Assembly: GCA_973851085.1 (NCBI GenBank)
Contig: OZ316776.1
Coordinates: 8,680,001 to 8,744,000 of the forward strand
Length of the DNA: 64,000 nt
From: Ptychomitrium polyphyllum
Lineage: Eukaryota
Reading direction: 5' to 3'
Shown here: positions 48,247-60,000 of the stretch, in pieces
Layout of the letters: every line of letters begins with the position of its first letter
How positions within the stretch are numbered: the stretch's first letter is position 1
Program-made: the position numbers and the translations under genes
The notes under the pieces: generated by a model
Told to the model about the DNA's origin: nothing
The model's database searches: none
The model's input: only the letters and a program-made list of their open reading frames with translations

Positions 48247-50866
48247 AACAATGCAATAAACATGGATTTTGATGATATAGTATACTACCTATTTCCATCA
48301 TTTATTGTATCAATTTTCAAAGAGAATACATCTTAAAGATTATGTCTTTGAACTATTAAGGCAAATAATCCATTACTATCATAGTATAATTTTTTTAATT
48401 CAAATTTCATAGTATATTTTTTACTTCTTTTACAAGAAACTATCTTGTGAAATAAAGCAAAAAGCATTATTAAAATGAGAAAAATACCATATGCATTGTT
48501 GTTAGCCATTAAATTCTTGTTATTGGTAGTTTAGACTAATAGGGTTATAGTATGGTTGCAATAGATAAGAAACCAAATTTACACTAATTTAAGAAGGAAA
48601 ATATGTGGTGAATAAAGGCATGATGTATGGTGGTTATTAAATGGAATTAAGATGATTGATATTCATTAAGTGGCAATTACTACATGTTGTTTCAATGGTT
48701 AAATAGGCTCATCTACTTGCGGTCTTTGACCTTTTGATAAATCCCTTTTGCAAATTCATAACCAACTCAGTTCAATTTTTTCAAGATAATTTTGTTGTAT
48801 ACAACTTCTAATATCATTTTCTTTCCTCCGAAAATTATTGGAAGTTTATACAAAGTTTACAAAATGGTGCATTCCTCACTACTGTGGTAATGAGCTGTTC
48901 CATCATCATGGGAAGGAAGGATGTTGTTCATAACTAACTTGCAAGGATAAGCACAAACTTCGAACTGCAGAAATGACAGAGAGTGAAGAACCTGGGAGAA
49001 GCTTGGACACCCACAGCATGGTTGAAGGGAGACTAGAGAGCAGGCAGAAGAGCCACCTTTGTGTACGACCCACAAGTTCACATTCACGACCACAATTATA
49101 CATCCATAAGTTGACACTTCCTGTCCAAATGAGGAAGTGTCTTCTACACTTTTATTGATCAGTAAGACACTCTAAGTTATGTACATTTCACATTAAACGT
49201 CACACATGTAAAGTAACATGGAATGATCCTCCCTTATCCATAACCAAAGGTAAGGTGGGTGTGCAAGGACACAGATTGAAAATTGTTCTTATACCTTCAA
49301 TTGTACACTGGATGACCAATCCAATATGTAAATATCTAACTTTGTAAATTTTTATAAAACATATCTAAAGTGTGGAATTGTAGATGATATCATAGCTGCA
49401 TTTGTATTCAAATTTAATAGTGCATATCACAAGTAACAAAATCTGATCCATGTGGCTCATAACAAGCATAGTGCACATTATTAAGTATAAATGTGTATTG
49501 TGTATTTGAATTTTAAAAAGAAAAGCATTAATCTTCTAGTGCAAAATTTTATGCTGTTACTAAGCAAATTAAGGTGAGGAGCATTATGGCAACGGCAAAA
49601 GATAAGAACCAACACTTCAATTTTACAATTGTGAACATGCTCCGTACACAGATACAAGATAACCATGCGCAAGAGCCTAATGACCACAATTTTAAAATCT
49701 AGCAATGTGTGACTAGATAGGCTACTAGCTTTTGGAGTATTTGCCTACTTATTCCCTAATCATTTTAATATTTGTATCGCCAAAAATGGTTTCATTCTTA
49801 TAAAATATTTACCAATTGTTTATGAACAGTTACACATGTGGATGAAAATGAGACACAAACACAGATGAATAATTATTTTTGTATTGTCACTCTGGGTACA
49901 AAGAAGAATCACTTGTTGCTGCTCAAACATGGAAAAAGAAAGTTCTGCTAATAAAGCCCACTAAGCCCAGATTCAAGGCTTAAGTCTTGGCAGCAGCATC
50001 CATTTACAGTAAGTGAGAGGGAAGATATTTCTCAACTGTGCCCCACAAAGAACGGGCCTGTGGCCAGCTTGCGTCATGAGCTCCGATGTCATCACGACGA
50101 CCAACTCGCTGACAAGTGCTCATATAACCCATTCTGTGCACTTCGTCTTCATGCGATCATTGAAGTCTAGTGCAACTACACCAAATAAGAACTCAGATAT
50201 TCGTCATAAGTTACAGCTCCTTTATTCCGCTATGGTAGGTATTTGCAGTCTCTGGACCTAACCTTCCATATCATGCATGTTCTACTCCATTGCACTGCAA
50301 GAAAATCTAACACAAAATCTACACAGGCTACAGAGGCGCCCATTGGTGTGAAACACTTTCTGTGTAACACCAGCGCAGCGAAGGGAGTATTGAGATTAAA
50401 CCATATTGTAAGGTCGCTTCACAATTTGAAGATGGATGAGAAAAGAAGTTGGCCACTTACATGGTAACAATTATTGTAGAGAAAATCTTATCTTATTGAT
50501 TTTTTCAAGAGTTGATTCATGGTAACGACTTTTCCCATTTTGATTATTTTATATATCTTTCTACCTTCTCCTGTAGATTGTACTTTCCCTAAATTACGCA
50601 TGTCTTGAGCTGAATTTTTCTTTTCCTTCTTCCATCTTCTTCAGGAATAGGCGTGAAGCAGCCCTATGAAAGCTGTAATGAGAGAAAAGTGACTCGATCA
50701 GGGATGATGAAGCTGCCACAAGGAATACAGAGGAGTTCACTACATTCACCTTGATGATGCTCGGGTGATATTGATCTACTACCCCGATCACAGTCAGGTG
50801 CGTACTTGGAGATATGGAAAAGATTACTCAAGTTCGTTATAAGCCTGTCGAGCTTCTTTGCTAGGA

Positions 50867-51289
50867 TCACCAGGGGTCCCAGGAGTAATAGTATTCGCCG
50901 TTACATTTGAAGCCCCTGGGCGTCACGACCCAGTTGCAATCTGAGCACGAGATGTGGCGCGACATCCACAACCACCCCTCCCATACGGGGAACGTGCGCT
51001 TACCGTACGCGTCGGAGTTGAAGTCACACCGATACGCCGTATTGCCCCAGAAGTTGGGTGTGAACGAAAAAGGATACACGATGTTGGGATCCAGCACGTG
51101 TTGACCCAGGTTGTCGTCGCCCGACTCGCAGTGCACTTGCAGCTCCTGCTGCAAGTGGTTGGTGATGGTCACGTGAGCCTTCCCCTCCACCATCCCTACC
51201 TGGGCCGCTGCCTGCAGCCACACCACCCACACAAATGCCACCAATATCGCTGAGTTACACAATGTCGTCTTCTTCATGACTACTAACAT
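50867..51289 (-). CDS. SPH: S-protein homologue (SPH, Self-incomp_S1 family) secreted protein, copy 1; start at 51289 or 51277
   Basis: Signal peptide, then HVTITNHL..LQVHCESGDDNLGQHVL..YPFSFTPNFWGNTAYRCDF..CSDCNWVVTPRGF..YYSW, the SPH pattern; intronless. Confidence 0.92.
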   Translation of the reverse strand: MLVVMKKTTLCNSAILVAFVWVVWLQAAAQVGMVEGKAHVTITNHLQQELQVHCESGDDNLGQHVLDPNIVYPFSFTPNFWGNTAYRCDFNSDAYGKRTFPVWEGWLWMSRHISCSDCNWVVTPRGFKCNGEYYYSWDPW

Positions 51290-52850
51290 TGATACTGTAA
51301 ATGAAAGAGATGTAACTAAGCCCTTCGTCGACTTTAGGATGTGTACTGATCTCAAGCTGTGGTGGGGTTTGTGCATGCCAATGCAAGGAGTTTTCTGGAG
51401 CAGCTATGTTGAACCTGCATTTTATGAGAGAATTTAAACCACGAGTTCTTTCAGGGTGCTAGATCAGGTCGATTTCAAACTCTGGTCTACGTAGGAGCTA
51501 ACTTTGAGATATCCATACGGCATATTTGTATTATACTCCAGATGAGACTTTGGAGGATATTCCCAAAGTTTGTGTTCATGTGTACGTCGATGTTGTAGAC
51601 AGAAACCTGCAATTGAACAAAACTCTTTACGAATACAAGTCGTGAAGATCCTTGGAGAAGTATAAAAAATGGTTGTCAATAACTAGTCAACTTGTCAATT
51701 AGTACCTTTGATTCATCACACGGTTATCATTTCTATTAGACGTGAAATGAAGAGAGGATCGGGTGACAGAAATATACTTGTTCGATTTAAATTAAGTAGG
51801 CCATTGGATGCAACCTGCATTTGACTTGGATACCACAACAGTCTCGTGTAAAACCAGAATTGATGGACGTCACCTGTCACTGAAAGCTTGAGTCCGTTTC
51901 TTACTTGTGGTCCAAGGCTAAGCTTTCACCCAAAATGAAAAAGCTGTGGTGTCTCTGAATCCAAAAACTGAAAACCACCAGCTATGTTTCCTGCATTGCT
52001 GCTTCATGGACCCATGATAAAGTGCGATCCAGGCATTCAGCAATTAAATGAAATAATGCTTGCAGCAACAGTGAACCCATTCCACTTTTCATTGCCGAGT
52101 GCCATCATAAGATACAATGTCACATGCAATCTACTCACTCAAAACTCTTCTTCCATACAAATCACCATGGGTCTAGAAACGTGTTATTCTAGCAAGTGTT
52201 ATTCTACAAGACTCCTACAACAATATTATTTTTTCTTTAAATGTAAAGGAAACAATGGTATATTTTGGAATTACAACATTCTTTAATACTTGGAGCAATT
52301 CACTTGTACATTACAATGTGAAAAATCAATAACAAAGTAAAACAAATGCTTGTAGTAACTAGAAAATGCACATTGTACGCCTAAATTGAAGAATGCTATG
52401 AATATTGCATGATTATTGATTAGTTGATATATTTGTTTATAACAAATGAAACAAGATTCCATGCATTGCACATGCAAATAAGAATACAATACTCATTCCA
52501 CCACACCAAGCCAAAGGAGAGAACCTGCAGTCAACTGGAGATAACTTGTTTTAGACTTTAACCTTACAAGTAAAACACCCTGGAGCAGTCGAGAGGCATT
52601 AATCGTCAAGAATTTTTTTTAATTCATAAGATTTTTTTTATTGTTGAGTACTCATGGTTCTCTAGGCACTCCCAGTGATCTTCTCTCAGGAAACCTGCAA
52701 CGTCCTTAGGAAGATGCGGCCATGTGCTGATTACCTAGCTACTGCCGGACGAAACCTGCTAATTAGTGCCATAGTTGCATGTGGAGGAATGTCACGGCGG
52801 GCAAGAATACTTCGTTGCAAGCCTGTGGAGGCACCTCATGTGGATCTATG

Positions 52851-53252
52851 TTACGGATGCCAGGAGTAATAGTATACGTCATGGCAGCTGAAGCCGGAGG
52901 GCGACACGAACCACTCGCAGTTCCAGCACGAGCAGAGGTTATGTTGCCACAATATGTGCAGCCACCCCAGCCACAAGGGAAAGGCACTGCGCTTGCCAAG
53001 CACATCGCAGTTGAAGTTACCCCAGATCGCTGTGGTGCCGAAAATATTGGGCGTGAAAGAGATCGGGAACGTCCCGTTGGGATCCAGCTTGTGTTGGCCC
53101 AGGTCGTCCTCGCGTGATTCGCAATGCACTTGCAGCTGCTGCTGCAGGTGGTTGGTGATGGTCACGTGAGCCATTTTCCCCTCCACCATCCGTAGTGGGG
53201 CCTCGGCCTGCATGCAGAGCACCACCCACGCCACCACCAATTTCGCTAGCAT
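52851..53252 (-). CDS. SPH: S-protein homologue (SPH) secreted protein, copy 2; first ATG at 53252
   Basis: MLAKLVVAWVVLCMQAEA..HVTITNHLQQQLQVHCESREDDLGQHKLDPN..FTPNIFGTT..CSCWNCEWFVSPSGF..YYSWHP. Confidence 0.9.
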   Translation of the reverse strand: MLAKLVVAWVVLCMQAEAPLRMVEGKMAHVTITNHLQQQLQVHCESREDDLGQHKLDPNGTFPISFTPNIFGTTAIWGNFNCDVLGKRSAFPLWLGWLHILWQHNLCSCWNCEWFVSPSGFSCHDVYYYSWHP

Positions 53253-54076
53253 CTTCTTCACGACTATTCTCAATTATACGAGATTCAAGCAGGGGCGTCG
53301 AGTAGGCCGAAGTCGACTACTAGGGCTTTTCTTCAATGTTGTGACATTTATCGGTTTCAAGCTGTGCTGAAGGTGTGAACGTTGCGATAGAAGTAGGTAG
53401 GTGGAACAGCTGTTTCAAACCTGGATTTTAGGTCATTTCAAGCCACGGTCGCTTTCAATGTCCTAGGTCAGTCGTTTTTAACCTCTATTGTACGTATGAG
53501 CATCTTTGAGATATCCATACGGCATATGTGCATTATGCTCCACATGACAAGTCGATGCTAGAAAATATCCACACTATGTGTTTGTGGTCACGTCGATGTT
53601 GTTGCCGGAACAACGCAGTTTCAAGAATGACAATCTTAAAGGAATATAATTCGTGGAACCAGCTCCTTGCTGGTAGAGATTGGTTACTTCACGAGTCAAC
53701 ATATCAAGCATCTTTGATTCATCAAACGCAATGCCAAATAATTGTAGGCTATTGTACGTGTAATAGAACTGAGGAGAACAGAATACCTTTGATTGATTCG
53801 TTATGATTTACACACACCAGGCATTGGCTGCACATGGAACAGTTTTGTGCAAATTCAATACTGTGGAAAGCCACTCATCACTAAAAGCTTTGGAAAATTT
53901 ATTACAAGTGGGCCGAAACTCTTTTTACTCCGAAACCTAAAACTAAGTCATCCGGTGCTCTCCAAAAGCCATGGTCCGAAGTTTGGTCACTGTATTTTCT
54001 GACTGGTCTGCTCTTAACTAATAACTTCTTGGCACAACGGCGAGAACCGGCTGCTTTGAGATTCTGTTCATGATCA

Positions 54077-54506
54077 TTACGGACGCCAGGAGTAGTGGTC
54101 TTCGACGTTGCAGCTGAAGCCATTAGGCGTCACGACCAAGTCGCAATCCTAGCACCTGCACTGGCCTGGACGCTGCTATCTCGACAGCTACCCCACCCAC
54201 ACGATGATGTTGCGCATAACATACGCGTCGCATTCAAAGTTACATCCGAACGCAGTGCTGCCCCAGATGTTGGGCGAGAAGGAGATGGGTTATACCCCGT
54301 TACTCAAGAAATTGGGATCTAGCACGTGTTGGCCCAGGTCGTCGTCGCGACCTGCAGTGCTGATACTGCTGCTGCAGGCGGTTGGTGATAATCATGTTAG
54401 CCTTTTTCTCCTCCACCATTCCTACCTGGGCCGCTGCCTACTGCCACAGCATCCATAGAACTTGTCCCACCAATTACGCTGAGTTACACAATGTCCTCTT
54501 CTCCAT
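54077..54506 (-). pseudogene. SPH copy 3, pseudogene
   Basis: Aligns to copies 1 and 2 (TLCNSA, AAAQVGMVE, IITNRLQQQ, DDDLGQHVLDPN, VVTPNGFSCN, YSWRP) but has two stops in the signal peptide, a frameshift near HC and three TAG stops in the mature part. Confidence 0.9.
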
Positions 54507-55294
54507 GGCAGCAGACGATCATATGAAAGGCTGCAAGCAGGGCACTTCGTCAATTTTCAGATTATATATGTATGCATGTCTTGAGCTATGGTGAAGGGGT
54601 GGGCATCTCGTCACAGGTACTTAATCTGCTGGAGCAGCTGTAAACTGAATTCTGCACTTTGAATAGTTCTCAAGCCTCTATCTCTTTCAGTGTCCTAGTT
54701 TTAGTCATTTTAGTCAATCTCTACTGTACGTGGGAGTAGCTTTGTGAGATCCATATAGTATACTTCCATTCCCTTCGCATGACAAGAAGATGCTAGAAAA
54801 AACAAGATCTCCCATATTTGTGTTCATGTCGACGTTGTGAACAAAGCCGGCCTGTGATTGAACTAAAAGCTTCACGAACATAATTCGTCAAGATTTATCC
54901 TAGCAGCTGTAGAATGGTCATGAGTCAACGTACCAAGGACATACAACAAGTGCTGGATGTGGAAATCGTTGAGGACAACAGAGATAGACTTCAGTAATTC
55001 ATCCTGACTGAGTACACCAGGCATTGGATGCACATCATGGAACAGTTTTATATCAAGTTTAACTTAGGTCGCCGTTGCAAATCACTAAATTTTTTGGAAC
55101 AGCTACCAAATGTGGGCCGAAACTCCTTATACAGCAGAATTATAAATTGGTGATCTAAACCTGAACCAAAAGTCGATAACTAGCAGCAAGTTGGCCATTG
55201 CTACTCTCAACTTTCACAAGCATCTCACGGATTCATTGGATAAACTCTGGACTTTCAATGTGAAATTGTAAATTCAATGCGAAATGCAAAAGCA

Positions 55295-56850
55295 TCAGAT
55301 TGCAACTGCACCGTGTGATGCACATAGCCCATGTGACGAGTTCCCTTTATGAAAAGATTCTTCCATAATCCTCTTGCTGTAATCATGACTGAGATCACTT
55401 CGTAGAGGGGGATCTTCCGAAGGGGAAATCCTAACTGTAATTTGGGATCCGAATACACTACTAAGGGCAGATTGTGAAGTGAGCGATGCTTTCAGCACCT
55501 GCAGTATCTGCACACGAGAATATTCGCACAACGGCCTTGCGAGAACAATAAGCATTCTCATTGTATTGAAGAATATCCTCTTGACATTCAACAAAAAACC
55601 CGCATAAGTTAAACCATCTGATTCTCATGCGATGTTTAATTTAAGGATAAAAGAAGAAGGGAAGTGCAACGAATCTGTCGTAAATTTAAGGGAACTTCCG
55701 TGCTTGTCAAATCCGATACTTCTCGACCTTCGCCTTACTCATGATGGAGATGCTCTTAGCAATGGAATTCGATACTATTTACACGCTGTCTGTGACAACG
55801 TAAATCAGGTAACGCTTCATCACAGAGTCCTCTGCTTTCGGCAACGTTGCCAGCTGCTTGTTGTCCACTATCTTCTTCGACTTTTCTTGTAATTCAGGAG
55901 GCCCGATGAGCGTGAGAGGAGACAGATCGAAGAAGTATTCAGTGCTTGTGTAGCGAGGACAGAGCGAGCCGAAGTTGGCAGGGACACGGTTGCAGTGCGC
56001 ACCACAATCGTACAGCATCACTCCCTTGTCCAAGTCTTGCTCAACAGACAATGCAAGTGTGAAAATGGACAACTTCGAGAAGGATTCATAGTACATTGCA
56101 TTGCAAGGACAGCGTGCATCATGGCGGGTGGAAACACGATTGCAGAGAGTACTACACTATTATAGCATGACATCTTTGACAGCATTTATATTTGACGGCA
56201 CAAGCTGGAGCACATCTTCATGCCACTTCCAGAATTCTATAGAGGAGGGTACACCTCCGAGATCATCTGTGACAGCCAGCTTGGCGACATACTGCATCAA
56301 CTCCGAACAGGTCTCCAAACTGTCCAAGATTATACAAATGCCGTTCAATCCTCCTTCAACTCCTGCATACCAACACAATATCACAAAATTTGTTCATTAC
56401 CTTAGACCCTAACACCAAATATCCTCTTGGTAAACCCACTCGTGCACTGTCTGTGAATCCATTGTTCAGAGATGTGCAGCAAGCTAACCTTTCTCCAGAA
56501 GCTTGACAAAGAAGCCCACAGGAAGCGCCAAAAAGCTGAGCAAAATCTCCACAAGTTTGTCGGCAGCTTCGAGAAACAGGAAACGGCCAGTCGCCTTACA
56601 GCACACCAAAGTCACCCGTACAACCTCCGCTCGAACAACATCCGCTCCTCCTCCCTGACTCTTCGTCACACTACCAGGCAGGTCGTTACGTATCTTGATT
56701 CTCTTCCGAAGCGGCATGGCATTCGAGCAGGCCACAGCATGGATCTCTTCCAACGCTCCATGACGACGTTCATGTCTGTCATAGAAATCTGCATCACCCA
56801 CTTGCTCACCAGTGGTCCAGAACCTTGCCTCAAAACACACCAAAATCAAG
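55295..56850 (-). pseudogene. DUF674-family pseudogene; start not defined
   Basis: Motifs LVCCKATGRFLFLEAADKLVEILLSFLALPVGFFVKLL, LAVTDDL, IYVVTDS, DLTSTEV and ILQVLKASLTSQSALSSVF. In-frame TAA TAG (56162-56157), TAA (55781-55779), a frameshift near 55720, and an expected donor that reads AT at 55674. Confidence 0.82.
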
Positions 56851-57042
56851 ACATCTGAACAATCACCAGCTATCTTATAAACTTTAATGCCGCCACCCCA
56901 ATTCTTGGTCGTGTATTTGTTCCGTGACAGTCAGTTCAAGAACTTAAATCTTAAACCCTCCGCCATGTTTACTCCAGATCGTCTAGATCCTCAGCATCCT
57001 GCACTTCAATTACCTCGGCTGCATGCATGCATATGTGAACGT

Positions 57043-57084
57043 GAGGAAGAAGCTTTGCACCTGGAGGAAGAAGCTTTGCACCTG
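57043..57084. repeat. Perfect 21-bp tandem duplication GAGGAAGAAGCTTTGCACCTG x2
   Basis: Read directly. Confidence 0.9.
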
Positions 57085-60000
57085 TGGGGAAGGGATAGAG
57101 AAGTTACAAATAGAACTTTGGTGGTGGCAACCAAAGACCATGCACATGGTTGGGTGGATTGAAGTGGATTAAAGGTTTTTACCTCCTTAATTGGCTTACT
57201 CTCAGATTAAGCATGTCACCTCCCTTCCAACCCAATCCTCTTGCTTGCATCTTCTTGTAAATTATTGTGGATTTATTTTTATCAGGATCACCATGAATCA
57301 TGAAGAAAAATAAAGCAACTTTTAGTGTATCTGAAGCAAGTTGCTCGAAGCCCGTATCCTGGATATGGACACACATACCATAATGTCAATGTAGCCAATT
57401 TTCCATGCTCTGGTAGGTTGCAATTGGTTGAAACGAGAAGTTGTTTTTGATAACTTTGCCTCATTTGGTATGGCTCTTATTATGTAACAATTTCATCGGT
57501 TGCTAAAATTTTGTGAGCATGCAAATAGTAATAACAATTGATATAAAGTAGAGTTTCTAATCTTTAAAATGTTTCTTTTGGAGATTTGAGTACTTTATGT
57601 ACCTTGAAAAACTTAAAATTCTATGAATACAAGATATCATGCGTCAAATTGAATATATGGTTATTATATTAAGCAATAGAAAATAATCTTGATATATGAA
57701 AATAACTTCAAGACCAAATCTACCTCTCTACTGTTTTAGCTTTGAGGATTCTATTTTAAATTAGATTTCATAGTTTTTGGATCATCTACCATTATCTAAT
57801 TTAAAATCCAAATAATATGGTTGAAATGATTCCAACAAACCTACTTCCTACTTCCTACTTCCAATAACTCATATCTAAACGGAATAAAGAAACAATGATA
57901 GTCCTATTGCCAGTGTAGGACAACAAACAATGTGGGATTTGAAGGAAGGAAACAATGGTTGCATTATGAACTCATCTAAAAAATGTATTAAAGGTTTAAC
58001 CACATGTTAGCTAGAGTACTATTGGCTTCTTTAAACTTGTGTTAGTTCCAAATGAAATGAACTTTATCTTTTAGCCACTTAAATTGAAGAATTGACAAAG
58101 TTCATCTAATAAGATAGCTTCAAAGATACTTGTAGTTTTGAAGATGCTTGTATTGACCGTGTTGATAAAAACCTTGATTTATGGTAGGCGAGAAGGCTAA
58201 AGTCCACTTGATAACAAATCTTAAGATAAGTTTGATTGACATTGTATTAGAAATATAATAGGATAATGGAAATAGTGTTAAAAAAATCTTCATGAGTTCT
58301 AGTATATAAAAAAAATGTGATTAAATGCAAGGAGTAGAAAACCACTTGCCAACCTTGTGTTTTGAGTTGAAGAGAGTATTATGGAGTTGGTATAGTGTCA
58401 TGAAGTTTATGTAGAATTTTGGAGTTATAGATGAAGAGTTTGTAATCTTGACTACAAAATACAAAAGATGAGAATATATTGTGTTATGAAGGAATACGAA
58501 TTATACTATAATTGATGTTATCAATTATTCTTCAAATAATTTACACTTGGACACATACATTCAAGCCTCCATAAAACTAGTTGGTTGTTAAGAATTTTAA
58601 TTATTTTGAATTTCCGCAAGTCTAAGTAGCAATGAAGGAAGAGCTCTGTTATGAGCAATTCGAGCTTGCTCTCCACTTCAAACTACTTTTAGGTTGACTT
58701 TCAGTTTGTTGCTCTCATGCTAAATTTCCTCCTCAGGTACTTACTAGTTTAGCATTTAACACAATCCAATTCCATCAACTTTCATTACTTACTTTTCTTG
58801 ATATAGAAACTTTCGGCCACCAATTGTGGGTAGTGGGTAGTTCTAGTTTATTTTTATTTTTAATTTTAATTCTAATTTTTAGTTTTTTTCCACATGCTTA
58901 TTTTAAACCTAAGCTTTTCAAAACTGGTACCAAAACTTAAAACTAAAATCAGTTCACATTACTTTTTGCCCGATGTGGCAATCATAATTTTATAACTATT
59001 TTGCAACAATTATTAAGGAATATTTTTTTCCAAAAACATGATTTATTTGTTTAAATAAGACCTTCACTAAATCTACGCTTTTCAATGAAATATTAGTTGC
59101 TAAATCCATTAAAAGATGCCCTTATTCTAATAAGATGTTTCTAAAAAGAGTGGTCCAAAATTCTATCAATAATGTCTTATTTAATAAAATTCCAAAAATC
59201 ATGGAATTTTTGGTATACAATTCTACAATCTCCTCACCAATGATCTTCCAAAGTTTTTTGTTTATATAAAAAATTGGTTTTTGTAAGAATTACTTTCAAT
59301 TAGATACAAGTCTAAATTCAATTTCAAAAATTTGAGATTTATTTCAAGTATAAATACACTTTTGAAAACACAAAGGAATTCAAAATTTATTTAAAGCTTC
59401 CAAATTATCAAACATTTATGATAAATTTTGAATTATTTTTGCAGAAGCTACATTTTATTTAAAACATTTATATAATAAAAATTTTATTTAAAACATTTAT
59501 GTAGTAAAAGTTTTTTAATTTTAATAAAAATTAAAAGACTTTTATTAAAACAACGTTTGAAGAGTCAAATGATGCTAAAATTTCATGTACGGTTTTGAAT
59601 AGATGTAAACATTTTAGTTCTACAATAACCTACAAAAAATGTCCTAAATATATATTTATATAATATAAAGATATTTAATGACAAAATTATAATGTTTTAC
59701 AAATGTTCATGGAAATATCATGCACATTTATTTTTGAAATTAATTATTTTTAAAATTTTATATCCTTCATATAAGTACTTTATGAATGTGGATAAAAATT
59801 TGGTTAAAGAAGTCAATACCTAATGTTTTAATATATAGAAAAGATCAAGCATCAAATTATTAATTGTATATTTTTAAGAATTCAATGAATAATCCAAAGA
59901 CATGAGTAATACCTTATTAAAAAAATGAGACTATTGTAAGTAAAATTTCTTCTATGAACAAAGAAGTTTTTAAGTAGATTGTAATATAAAATTTAATTAT

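Larger units (their letters stand above)
50867..55130 (-). repeat. Tandem triplication of the SPH gene plus upstream region
   Basis: CTTTGAGATATCCATACGGCATAT shared at ~51501 and ~53504 (degenerate at ~54740); ACACCAGGCATTGG..ATGGAACAGTTTT..GTGGGCCGAAACTC shared at ~53814-53920 and ~55014-55125. Confidence 0.85.

Noticed and set aside
48106..48336. ORF with a poly-Ile hydrophobic stretch
   Set aside because: Produced by the (ATT)13 microsatellite
55779..56162. Idea that in-frame TAA/TAG codons are repaired by U-to-C RNA editing
   Set aside because: Such editing is known from plant organelles, not nuclear mRNA, and the gene also has a frameshift and a mutated donor
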